Below the pieces are notes generated by a model. It had not been told where the DNA came from, did no database searches, and was given only the letters and a program-made list of their open reading frames with translations. Of a stretch of DNA of 64,000 bases, positions 34,587 to 46,018 are shown one piece after another. A program made the translations under genes and the position numbers. Position 1 is the first letter of the stretch; every line of letters begins with the position of its first letter. The DNA comes from Escherichia coli (lineage in GTDB: Bacteria > Pseudomonadota > Gammaproteobacteria > Enterobacterales > Enterobacteriaceae), in assembly GCF_003334255.1 (NCBI RefSeq), contig NZ_QOWU01000010.1; one strand, written 5' to 3'.

Positions 34587-35305
34587 CGCAGATGACGACC
34601 GCCATCAAGTGGGAAACTGCGTCCGGTGACAAAGCAACTGGTAAGTAAGTAATCGACCAGGTCGATCACTTCTTTCTCGCCAGGCGCGGTTTTCATCAGT
34701 GATTTATTCAGCGCCTGTTGTCGATATTCGGCATCATCATGTTCATTAAACAGGATCAGCGATGGCGCAATAGAATTCACTTTCACTTCCGGTGCCAGCT
34801 TGCGGGCAAACGAGCGGGTCATATTATCCAGTGCCGCTTTGCTTGCAGCATACGCAATATGTTTGTCGCTACCGCGCTCCACCACATAATCGGTAAAGTG
34901 AATGATATCGCTGGCGGCGTGTCCGTGCCCACGCAGTAATCTTTCCAGCGCATGGTTGAGCAGGTATGGGGTATTAACGTGGATCTGCATCATGCAAGCC
35001 AGTACGTCGGCCAGTGGCGCACCCGGTTTTTCCGCCATCCACGCACTGGCGTTATGCAAAATAGCACGCAGACCATGGGTGCTTTTTAGTACTTCATCGG
35101 CAAACGCCATCACACCGTCGTTGGTCGAAAAATCAGCCTGAATACACTGCGCACCTGCATTAATCAGTCCATCAATGGCTGGATAGTGTGTCCGATAGCT
35201 GACAATCACCGGTTGCTTTTGATTAATGAAATGCCATGCGAGGGCGAGGCCGATGCGACGACCTCCGCCAGTAATTAATATTGGCAAGGGCTGGGTTTTA
35301 CCCAT
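34583..35305 (-). CDS. folM: dihydromonapterin reductase (SDR family)
   Basis: 240-aa ORF with Rossmann motif ITGGGRRIG; synteny. Confidence 0.88.
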   Translation of the reverse strand: MGKTQPLPILITGGGRRIGLALAWHFINQKQPVIVSYRTHYPAIDGLINAGAQCIQADFSTNDGVMAFADEVLKSTHGLRAILHNASAWMAEKPGAPLADVLACMMQIHVNTPYLLNHALERLLRGHGHAASDIIHFTDYVVERGSDKHIAYAASKAALDNMTRSFARKLAPEVKVNSIAPSLILFNEHDDAEYRQQALNKSLMKTAPGEKEVIDLVDYLLTSCFVTGRSFPLDGGRHLR

Positions 35306-35341
35306 CGTTATCTCCTTTGCTATCCAACGATGGGATGAACG

Positions 35342-36724
35342 TTATCCCACCAGCATCCAGGTCGCCGGAACTGAGGCAATTAACAGCATGCCAATCAGCA
35401 CCATTTCCTGACGGTTCAGTACATTATCATGGGTATGCGTTTTGCGCGCGTACAGGAAAACCAGCAGCCCCGGTGCATACAGAACAACGGATAACAGCAA
35501 GTGCATTGGACCAGAGGCGTACAATAACCATAAGCCATAAATGCAGGCACCGACACCTACCGCTTTATGCAGTGGACGGGTTGCGATTTTCAGCAAGAAC
35601 GCGCCGACCAGGAAATAGGGCACCAGAATCATTTCTGAGGCGATGGTCAGCAACGTGTTGTAATCGGAACCGGTCAGCCAGATGAGTACCAGACAAATTT
35701 GCACGCAGATGTTGGTCAACCACAGTGAGGCGGATGGCGCAGCTTGTGCGTTCTGGCGCGCAAAAATGCGCGGGAATGCTTTATGAGTGGCGGCCAGGAA
35801 CGGTACTTCTGCTGCCATGATGGTCCAGCTTAAGTACGCGCCGCAAACGGAAACGATCAAACCGGCAGCGATGATGATTTCGCCCCATGGTCCCATCATT
35901 TCCACCATCAGACCGGCCATTGACGGGTTACGAATTTCAGCCAGTTCAGGACGTGCCACCACACCCAGCGAAAGCAGCGTTACCAGCAAGTAAACGCCCA
36001 GAGCGGAGAGAACCGCCAGCAGTGTCGCTTTGCCAACATCACGTTTATTACGCGCACGCGCAGAAACAACCACGGCACCTTCCACACCAATGAAAACCCA
36101 CAGGGTGATCAGCATGGTGTTTTTCACCTGTTCCCAAACGGGTACGCCAAGTGCAAGTCCGGTGAAGTCGAGCTTGAAGGTATCCAGTTTGAACATCATC
36201 ATCGCCAGCACAACAAACAGACCCAGCGGCAACAATTTTGCCAGTGTCGCCACCAGGTTAATGCTGGCAGCGGTTTGCACCCCGCGCAGGATCAAAAAGT
36301 GAACAATCCACAATAAAGCCGATGCACCGACTATCGATTGCCAGGTATTACCATCGCCAAACAGGCGCAATTCCGGCGTGTCCGTAAAAAAGCTTAACGC
36401 GGAAAAAACGATCACCAGATAGGAGACGTTGGCGATGACTGCGCACAGCCAGTATCCCCATGCGGAACAAAAGCCGATTAGCTCGCCAAACCCTTCGCGG
36501 GCATAGGTAAAGATACCGCCGTCAAGTTCGGGACGAATGCGCGTGAGGATCAGCATGGCAAAGGCCAGCAATAAAATGCCAGCGCCAGTAATACCCCAGC
36601 CGATGAGCAGTGCTGCCGGGCTGGCAACTGCCGCCATATTTTGCGGCAGACTGAAAACACCCGCGCCCAGCATTGAGCTTAATACCAGCGCGGTGAGTGC
36701 GCTCAGTCCCAGTTTCTTTTCCAT
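35342..36724 (-). CDS. ydgI: APC-family putative arginine/ornithine antiporter
   Basis: 460-aa ORF with ~12 TM helices; synteny. Confidence 0.8.
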   Translation of the reverse strand: MEKKLGLSALTALVLSSMLGAGVFSLPQNMAAVASPAALLIGWGITGAGILLLAFAMLILTRIRPELDGGIFTYAREGFGELIGFCSAWGYWLCAVIANVSYLVIVFSALSFFTDTPELRLFGDGNTWQSIVGASALLWIVHFLILRGVQTAASINLVATLAKLLPLGLFVVLAMMMFKLDTFKLDFTGLALGVPVWEQVKNTMLITLWVFIGVEGAVVVSARARNKRDVGKATLLAVLSALGVYLLVTLLSLGVVARPELAEIRNPSMAGLMVEMMGPWGEIIIAAGLIVSVCGAYLSWTIMAAEVPFLAATHKAFPRIFARQNAQAAPSASLWLTNICVQICLVLIWLTGSDYNTLLTIASEMILVPYFLVGAFLLKIATRPLHKAVGVGACIYGLWLLYASGPMHLLLSVVLYAPGLLVFLYARKTHTHDNVLNRQEMVLIGMLLIASVPATWMLVG

Positions 36725-36909
36725 CGATATCCAGTGATTAAAACGTGATAAGAAGAATAAATATTAGGGCAAAACGCATAAAAATGGAGTTTGCCACTGA
36801 AGCGCGGGATTTTACGAAGAGATGTGTCTGCATGCAATGGTCGCGGGGAAATTTGTGACTAAAAATGCGAAAGGCGGCATCAAGCCGCCTTATAGGAGTA
36901 ACTGAATAG

Positions 36910-37854
36910 TTATTTATACAGATCTGCGCTGACGGTCAGGTTATTACCACGTTCCTGCCACTGGCGGGTGATGTGGTAATACTTAGCACCTTTCTTCGCG
37001 GCACGTTTCGCAACCTGATAGGAGACTTCGGTCATGTTGCCGTAGTTGCCAGAGAATTTGATGCTGTCGAACGGGACCATCATCGCTGCGGTCGCTTTGT
37101 TCAGTTCTTCGACTTTAGTGCCATCCGGGAGCGTGACGGTGTAACGCCCGCCTTTTGATGACTGGGTTTCAAAGAAGCGACCGACTTCAGAACTTGGTGA
37201 TGCGGTAGTCGCAACACCCGGGATCTCAACTTTCTTCGCGGCTTCGCCACCGGCAGCCAGAGCTGCACGTCCTGCTTCGGAATCTGCCGGGATCACATCC
37301 GGGCTCTGGACGATACGTTTCTTAGCATCTTTTTTATAGATGAATGCAGTAATACGCTGGTTGCCGCCCTGGTTGGCATCGATTTGACGAACGATGTAGA
37401 AAGAGTAGGCACCTTTCGCTTTTGCCGCTTTGGTGATGGCATCATTGACTTCTGGCTGGCTACGATAGAAGCCCTGGACGGTGACCGTGTCAAACGGTTC
37501 AATCAGAACAGCCTGATCTTTCGGCAGTTCGACAACACCGTTAATTACGCGATTACTTGTTTCTTCTGCTTTTTCAGCATCGGCTTTATAGAGGTCAGCG
37601 ACCACACGCCAGTTACCGCTGTTACCAAAATCAGAAGTGTCGACAACATAAAAAGAGGCGGCACCTTCTTTATCTGCGCGACGAGAAACGGCTTTCACCG
37701 CTTCGCCAATAGCATTAAAACGACCGGTAACCACTACACGGTCAAAAGGTTTAACCGCTGCCGCTTGCTCCGGTGTCAGTTCTGTTGCTGCGTTAACGGA
37801 GAATGCCGTAGCAGAAAGCAGTGCCGACGCCAGGAGGGTGTTCTTAAGCTTCAT
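36910..37854 (-). CDS. ydgH: DUF1471-repeat periplasmic protein YdgH
   Basis: 314-aa ORF with signal peptide and three internal repeats; synteny. Confidence 0.8.
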   Translation of the reverse strand: MKLKNTLLASALLSATAFSVNAATELTPEQAAAVKPFDRVVVTGRFNAIGEAVKAVSRRADKEGAASFYVVDTSDFGNSGNWRVVADLYKADAEKAEETSNRVINGVVELPKDQAVLIEPFDTVTVQGFYRSQPEVNDAITKAAKAKGAYSFYIVRQIDANQGGNQRITAFIYKKDAKKRIVQSPDVIPADSEAGRAALAAGGEAAKKVEIPGVATTASPSSEVGRFFETQSSKGGRYTVTLPDGTKVEELNKATAAMMVPFDSIKFSGNYGNMTEVSYQVAKRAAKKGAKYYHITRQWQERGNNLTVSADLYK

Positions 37855-38314
37855 AAAAATAATCCTTCGCCTTGCGCAAACCAGGTACTGGTATTGTTAT
37901 TAACGAGAAACGTGGCTGATTATTGCATTTAAACGGTGTAACTGTCTGCGTCATTTTTCATATCACATTCCTTAAGCCAATTTTAATCCTGCTCAAATGA
38001 CCGTCTATGCTTAAAAAACAGCCGTATCAGCATCATTACTACTGAAGCAACTGAATTGTATAAGTTAATTTAATGTTAAGTAGTGATTCGTGCCGGGGCG
38101 ATGTCTCGTTTTACCCGACCGTCGAAGACAATTATCAGTCTTTATCCGGCGTTCTAAGGTGTTTATCCCACTATCACGGCTGAATCGTTAATATTTTGCG
38201 AGTTCACGCCGAAATACTGATTTTTGGCGCTAGATCACAGGCATAATTTTCAGTACGTTATAGGGCGTTTGTTACTAATTTATTTTAACGGAGTAACATT
38301 TAGCTCGTACATGA

Positions 38315-39910
<1,596 letters not shown>

Positions 39911-39917
39911 GGGGTAA

Positions 39918-41309
<1,392 letters not shown>

Positions 41310-41313
41310 CCCT

Positions 41314-41335
41314 GACGGCCTCTGCTGAGGCCGTC
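41314..41335. terminator. stem-loop between convergent pntB and tqsA
   Basis: GACGGCCTC-tgctg-AGGCCGTC hairpin immediately after pntB stop. Confidence 0.45.
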
Positions 41336-42240
41336 ACTCTTTATTGAGATCGCTTAACAGAACGGCGATGCTTTGACCTCCCGCTGTTTGTTCAAGCGCA
41401 ATTTTGACAATAATTGTCAACGGCACGGAAAGCAGCATACCCACCGGTCCTAACAACCATCCCCAAAAAATCAACGACAAAAATACCACCAATGTGGAAA
41501 GCCCCAGCCCACGCCCCATGATACGCGGCTCCAGAATATTGCCGAAGACCAGATTAATCAGCAGATATCCCGCCAGCACCAGCAACGCTTCGTAGAAGCC
41601 ATTAAACACCAGTACCTGAGCGATAGGGGGGATTGCCGCGAGGACTGAACCAATATTCGGGATGTAATTAAGCGCAAAGGCCAGCAATCCCCAGACAAAA
41701 GCGAAGCGAACATCGAGTGCGGCGAGCATCGCCCAGGCGACCAGGCCGGTGATGATGCTGATGGCTGTTTTCAGCACCAGATAATGAGAAACACTGTCAA
41801 TCGCACGTTGAATCGCCGCCATCCCTTCAACCGGACGCGCCATCATTTGCTGAAATTTTCCGGGCAATTGTGGCACTTCGAGCAGCATAAACAGCACCGT
41901 CAGCAGCAATAAAAATATTGATGACATGGCATTAGATAACTGCGTCAATAAGTTGGTGAGCAACGTCATCGCCGCGTTCGGATCAATATAATGCGCCAGC
42001 TGGTCAACTGAGACGTCAATCCCTACGCGTTGCAACAACGGTTCAAGCGCTTGCAGCGGCGTCATAATAGAGTTGCGATATTGCGGTAACGTCCGCGTCA
42101 ACTCGTTGAGCGCGGAACCCAGATAAGCTAATAGCAACACCATCGCCATCACGATGATGGTCATCAAAATCGACACCGCCAGTACACGCGGCACACGCCA
42201 GCGGACCATGTGTTGCACCAGCGGGTTAAGAATAACAGCA
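41334..42240 (-). pseudogene. tqsA: tqsA (AI-2 exporter) 3' fragment, separated from its 5' end by the island
   Basis: Frame encodes ...[26 protein letters not shown]... to the normal C-terminus (SDLNKE); upstream of codon AVI the frame hits TGA/TAA stops in island DNA. Confidence 0.85.
42232..42240. repeat. left copy of 9-bp direct repeat (att core / target duplication)
   Basis: ATAACAGCA; identical copy at 57098-57106; both lie within tqsA codons 43-46. Confidence 0.7.
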
Positions 42241-42367
42241 TTTTATCATTTAGTGTTTTTTGCTGTTTCATAATGTTTCAGGCTGTGCATTATGTTTTTG
42301 ATTATCAACAGATTTGTGATTTTCCTTGTTCCAGCTTGTTTCACGTTGTAGCCCTTTGTGCAACGAT

Positions 42368-42391
42368 CGGTGTAGTCACTGGTGTAGTCAC
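42368..42391. promoter_or_regulatory. tandem GGTGTAGTCAC repeat near left end (candidate integrase arm-type site)
   Basis: CGGTGTAGTCACTGGTGTAGTCAC; near-identical copy at 57001-57024 near the right end. Confidence 0.4.
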
Positions 42392-42415
42392 TTTTTCGTA
42401 AAGAGGGGGTAAAAC

Positions 42416-43645
42416 GTGAGCAGAGCAATGAACAAACTGAGCGATACCTTGCTAAGGAAACTTCATGGTAAGCCAGCGGAGAAAAACACGTTTTATAGTG
42501 ATGGCGGAAACCTGAGCGTGAAATATTTAACATCAGGGAAATTGACCTGGTATTTCACATACAGGGCCGGAACGGGAAGGGAGACACGACCCGAACGCAT
42601 TAAGCTGGGAAGTTATCCTGATCTGAGCCTGAAAGCAGCCAGGGAAAAAGCCGCACAGTGTCGCACATGGCTGGCTGAGGGGAAAAATCCACGTCATGAG
42701 ATGAATTACACCGTACAGGAAGCGTTAAAGCCCGTAACGGTTGGCGATGCGCTCACCTACTGGCTTGAGTATTACGTAAAGGAAAACCGCGTGGATTATA
42801 TCGCCCTGAAAAGGCGACTTAATAATCACGTAATACAGCAGATTGGTGCTATGCCGCTGGATAAATGCGAGCTACGGCACTGGCTGGCCTGTTTTGACCA
42901 GGTGGCAAAGCGAACGCCTGTTACTGCCGGATTCGTGCTACAGGCGTGCAAACAGGCGCTTAAGTTCTGCCGTAGGCGGCGCTATGCAATCAGCAACGTT
43001 CTGGACGATCTGAACGTGGCGGACGTTGGGAAAAAACCGGATATAAGCGAACGTGTCTTAAGTAACAAAGAACTTGGCGAATTATTGCAGGCACTGGACA
43101 AAAAAATATTTTCCCCTTACTACGTCGCGTTAATCCGCCTCCTGATTGTCTTCGGAGCCAGGACGGTAGAACTGAGGCTATCGGAGATCGGGGAGTGGGA
43201 TTTTACGGAAATGCTATGGACCGTTCCGAAGGAGCACAGCAAAACGAAGGTCGCAATATTCCGGCCCATACCGGAAGCGATCCTGCCGTTCGTCACGCAG
43301 CTGGTGGAGCAGAACAGGCACACGGGCTTATTGCTGGGGGAAGTGAAACAGGAGGCCAGCGTATCGCAGTATGGAAGATTAGCGCACAGGAGGCTTAATC
43401 ATCCTCACTGGTCACTGCATGACATCCGGCGCACCTTTACAACCATGCTGAACGATTTAGGCGTTGATCCGCATGTCGTGGAGCAGCTTACAGGTCATCA
43501 GATGCCAGGAATGCAGCGAGTTTATAATCATTCCCGTTATCTGGATGCTAAACGCAATGCGCTGGATATGTGGATGGAGCGGTTAGGGATACTGGCGGGA
43601 ACACATGAAAACGTAACCACGCTACCAGTAGCCAGAAGAAAATAA
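42416..43645 (+). CDS. int: tyrosine integrase, P4-type
   Basis: 409-aa ORF, GTG start after AGAGGGGG; N-terminal arm-binding domain, C-terminal catalytic region with HDIRRT and downstream Tyr (RVYNHSRY). Confidence 0.9.
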   Translation: MSRAMNKLSDTLLRKLHGKPAEKNTFYSDGGNLSVKYLTSGKLTWYFTYRAGTGRETRPERIKLGSYPDLSLKAAREKAAQCRTWLAEGKNPRHEMNYTVQEALKPVTVGDALTYWLEYYVKENRVDYIALKRRLNNHVIQQIGAMPLDKCELRHWLACFDQVAKRTPVTAGFVLQACKQALKFCRRRRYAISNVLDDLNVADVGKKPDISERVLSNKELGELLQALDKKIFSPYYVALIRLLIVFGARTVELRLSEIGEWDFTEMLWTVPKEHSKTKVAIFRPIPEAILPFVTQLVEQNRHTGLLLGEVKQEASVSQYGRLAHRRLNHPHWSLHDIRRTFTTMLNDLGVDPHVVEQLTGHQMPGMQRVYNHSRYLDAKRNALDMWMERLGILAGTHENVTTLPVARRK

Positions 43646-43832
43646 TTTTTTTCGTGTTTTTTCAGTATGCGCATACTGGATATGCGAACAGATACAACAT
43701 GCAACAATGAGCAACAATGCGGAACAACTACGAACAAGAGACGAAAAAGTGTACGGATTTATAAGTAGCTGATTTTTAATGTGTTACTGGTTTTTTATAC
43801 ACTAGCGAATCACTCTTTAAATAGCGAGAAAA

Positions 43833-43859
43833 AAGGCATGAAACAATATTTTATGCCTT
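43833..43859. terminator. stem-loop in int-alpA intergenic region (terminator-like, orientation ambiguous)
   Basis: AAGGCAT-gaaacaatatttt-ATGCCTT; T-run on the minus-strand side (TTTTTTCTCGC), weaker T-rich tract on plus side. Confidence 0.35.
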
Positions 43860-44019
43860 TGTATTAACATGAATTTAAATGATTTTATCCTGATTATTCC
43901 TGTTTCTGTAAACCATACGACCTCAACATTTGCCAACTCTGAATCATCCTGACACAATCAGACACATCCCAACGCAATAGAACACGAAATAACTCTTTAA
44001 GAAACGAAAGGGGGCAATA

Positions 44020-44208
44020 GTGTTAAGCACTGATCGGTTTATACGTGAAAAAGAATGCGAAAAGCTAACAGGCCTTAGCCGCTCATGCCGCTACCGCCTG
44101 GAAAAGGCCGGACAATTCCCATCACGTCGTAAACTTGGCGGTCGTTCCGTTGGCTGGTCTTTATCCGAGGTTCTGGCCTGGAAGGATAGCTGCAAGGCAG
44201 TTCATTAA
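44020..44208 (+). CDS. alpA: AlpA-family phage transcriptional regulator / excision activator
   Basis: 62-aa ORF, GTG start after AAGGGGG; MLSTDRFIREKECEKLTGLSRSCRYRLEKAGQFPSRRKLGGRSVGWSLSEVLAWK matches AlpA/Vis-type HTH proteins. Confidence 0.85.
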   Translation: MLSTDRFIREKECEKLTGLSRSCRYRLEKAGQFPSRRKLGGRSVGWSLSEVLAWKDSCKAVH

Positions 44209-44351
44209 TCACGCTGGCGGCACACAGCCGCCACACATCAATCATCTGAACACAGAGCTATAACCATGAAGATTGAATATACGCCAGAACGTGGGCGGGG
44301 ATTCGTTCGCCCTGGTGAGACTGGAAAACCACAAAATTGGGGTTTTTCAGG

Positions 44352-44388
44352 CATAAAAAAAGCGGCCCCGAAATGGAGCCGCCTTTCT
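44352..44388 (-). terminator. rho-independent terminator for minus-strand island transcript
   Basis: On minus strand: AAAGGCGGCTCC-atttc-GGGGCCGCTTT followed by T7. Confidence 0.45.
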
Positions 44389-44477
44389 GAACAGATAACA
44401 CGCTGCGCCGTTTGTGTGTGTGATCCCAAACATAAGCACGGGGATGATAGCCGCTATCAGGCTGGTGGGCAATGCAA

Positions 44478-44651
44478 TCAGTCTGGTTCAGTTCGTTGCC
44501 ATACCTGCAATGAGCGCTTTTCCCTGTACTCTTTAAGGAATTGCTCAAGGGCAAAAGCACATGGCGCGAATCTTTCTGATTCATGCTCTATCTTTCTGCG
44601 CCGTCTTTTCCGTGCCGGTGATAATGTTTTGGTCAATTCTTTATCGGTCAT
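44478..44651 (-). CDS. hypothetical small basic protein (57 aa)
   Basis: MTDKELTKTLSPARKRRRRKIEHESERF...; ATG preceded by AGGA; downstream of orf101 on same strand, before the minus-strand terminator. Confidence 0.3.
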   Translation of the reverse strand: MTDKELTKTLSPARKRRRRKIEHESERFAPCAFALEQFLKEYREKRSLQVWQRTEPD

Positions 44652-44708
44652 TGTGTTGTCCTGCATAGCAATGCGCCGTAATACCTCACACCACGGCGCT
44701 GATAGTGA

Positions 44709-45014
44709 TTATTCTGATTCTTTGGCCTTGCGGCGCTGTAGTTCTTCACGAGCGATGGCGATAAGTTGCCCGAGTTCTTCCGTAGCTTTAATACCAATTT
44801 TTTCCACTTGCGCCAATGCATCGAGAGAAGAAATCAGAGGATTTTCACTGCTTCCTTCTGCCTGGCGGCGGGCGATCTCCCCGCGCATGGCGGTTACTAT
44901 GAATCCGGCGTTGCTTTCGCCGTCCAGTTTTACGGATTCCATGCCATCAAAAGCATCATGTGGGATACGAATTGAAATCTGTTTTGATTTGTCGTTGATA
45001 GTGTTTTTTGCCAT
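44709..45014 (-). CDS. hypothetical protein (101 aa), candidate island regulator
   Basis: MAKNTINDKSKQISIRIPHDAFDG...; ATG preceded by AGGAGA; reads away from paired operator-like inverted repeats. Confidence 0.55.
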   Translation of the reverse strand: MAKNTINDKSKQISIRIPHDAFDGMESVKLDGESNAGFIVTAMRGEIARRQAEGSSENPLISSLDALAQVEKIGIKATEELGQLIAIAREELQRRKAKESE

Positions 45015-45036
45015 GTGCATTCTCCTAAACAAAAGA

Positions 45037-45112
45037 TGTGATTCAGTATACACAAAAAAGAATCACAAAAAACACTTGACCTGTGATTCAGTTGAATTTA
45101 ATTTAAATCACA
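45037..45112. promoter_or_regulatory. divergent promoter region with two operator-like inverted repeats
   Basis: TGTGATTC-N15-GAATCACA (45037-45067) and TGTGATTC-N16-AATCACA (45082-45112); TTGACC -35-like hexamer at 45076-45081. Confidence 0.55.
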
Positions 45113-45201
45113 CCTCAGTAAGAGGATGTAAACGACAACGCCCCGAACTGTTTGCGGCAGTAGCGGGGCGTCTAACCAAACCGTTAACAGGAGTAACGAT
45201 T

Positions 45202-45399
45202 ATGGCTGGAACACAGCATACCCCACGTCTGGCGCACACACAAACTGCCTTTGTGTGGCGTTTTCTGGCACTAAGTGCCGGAGAATCTCAAATCATCCAC
45301 GTAACCGCCTGGACGGAACGCGAAGCGCGTAGCCGTTGCCCGTCCGGTTGTGTTGCTGTATTCGCCGCCCGTATTCGTCAGGGGGTGTGCCATGCCTGA
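45202..45399 (+). CDS. small protein (65 aa), possibly Icd/Ash-like
   Basis: MAGTQHTPRLAHTQTAFVWRFLALSAGESQ...; ATG after AGGAG (45189-45193); first gene rightward of the operator region; family assignment from memory only. Confidence 0.45.
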   Translation: MAGTQHTPRLAHTQTAFVWRFLALSAGESQIIHVTAWTEREARSRCPSGCVAVFAARIRQGVCHA

Positions 45400-45712
45400 C
45401 ATGACCAATTACCAGTACCTGATTAATCCGCATTTTAACTGTGAGCATGATATTGCTAAAAAGGTTTATTCCGCTGCGGATGGGGCTACTGACAATATAT
45501 CAATGGCTGTTTCGTCAATTGGTAGCCTGATGTGGTATGCGTCAGAAAATAAGGAATATGACGAAAAGGCCATGCGCATTGATATGGGTAATATTGGTTT
45601 GTTACTGGCAATGCTTGGACATTTTGATATTTCGTTACGGTGCACCATTGAAAATGCCACAGATGCATTAAATGCTATAAAGAAAGCGAATACTGATTCA
45701 AATCGGGGATAA
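45392..45712 (+). CDS. hypothetical protein (106 aa)
   Basis: MPDMTNYQYLINPHFNCEHDIAKKVYSAADG...; start overlaps previous stop; no family recognised. Confidence 0.5.
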   Translation: MPDMTNYQYLINPHFNCEHDIAKKVYSAADGATDNISMAVSSIGSLMWYASENKEYDEKAMRIDMGNIGLLLAMLGHFDISLRCTIENATDALNAIKKANTDSNRG

Positions 45713-45718
45713 ATAATC

Positions 45719-46018
45719 ATGAGAACGTATTTATCTGGCTTTACTGCCAGCGGTTATGCACACCCCAAAATTATCCCCGGCGCTATTTATCTGGATAAGA
45801 ACGGTAACAGAGTAACGGTAAAAGAACTGATGTTTGACCGTGTGTATTTTATTCGTGATGGCTATTCATTTCATAGTTCGCTGAACGTGGAGATCTTTAT
45901 TAGCAGATTCCGGCGGGAAATCCCGCTTTCCAGAAATAACCATGTGTCATGTATGGATGTTGATAAAAAACTACAGGAACTGAAAAACATGATTGCCGCG
46001 TGGAGAGAGCAGAAATGA
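45719..46018 (+). CDS. hypothetical protein (99 aa)
   Basis: MRTYLSGFTASGYAHPKIIPGAIYLDKNGNRVTVKELMFDRVYFIRDGYSF...; stop overlaps primase start (ATGA). Confidence 0.5.
   Translation: MRTYLSGFTASGYAHPKIIPGAIYLDKNGNRVTVKELMFDRVYFIRDGYSFHSSLNVEIFISRFRREIPLSRNNHVSCMDVDKKLQELKNMIAAWREQK

Noticed and set aside
42232-42415. tRNA or tmRNA gene as integration target at the island ends
   Set aside because: No tRNA-like sequence at either junction; both junctions lie inside the tqsA reading frame and share only a 9-bp core.
44266-45399. 377-aa plus-strand ORF spanning the alpA-to-switch region
   Set aside because: Low-complexity translation with no RBS at its start; overlaps the better-supported minus-strand genes and the operator region; only its last 65 codons (45202-45399), which have their own RBS, were kept as a separate small gene.
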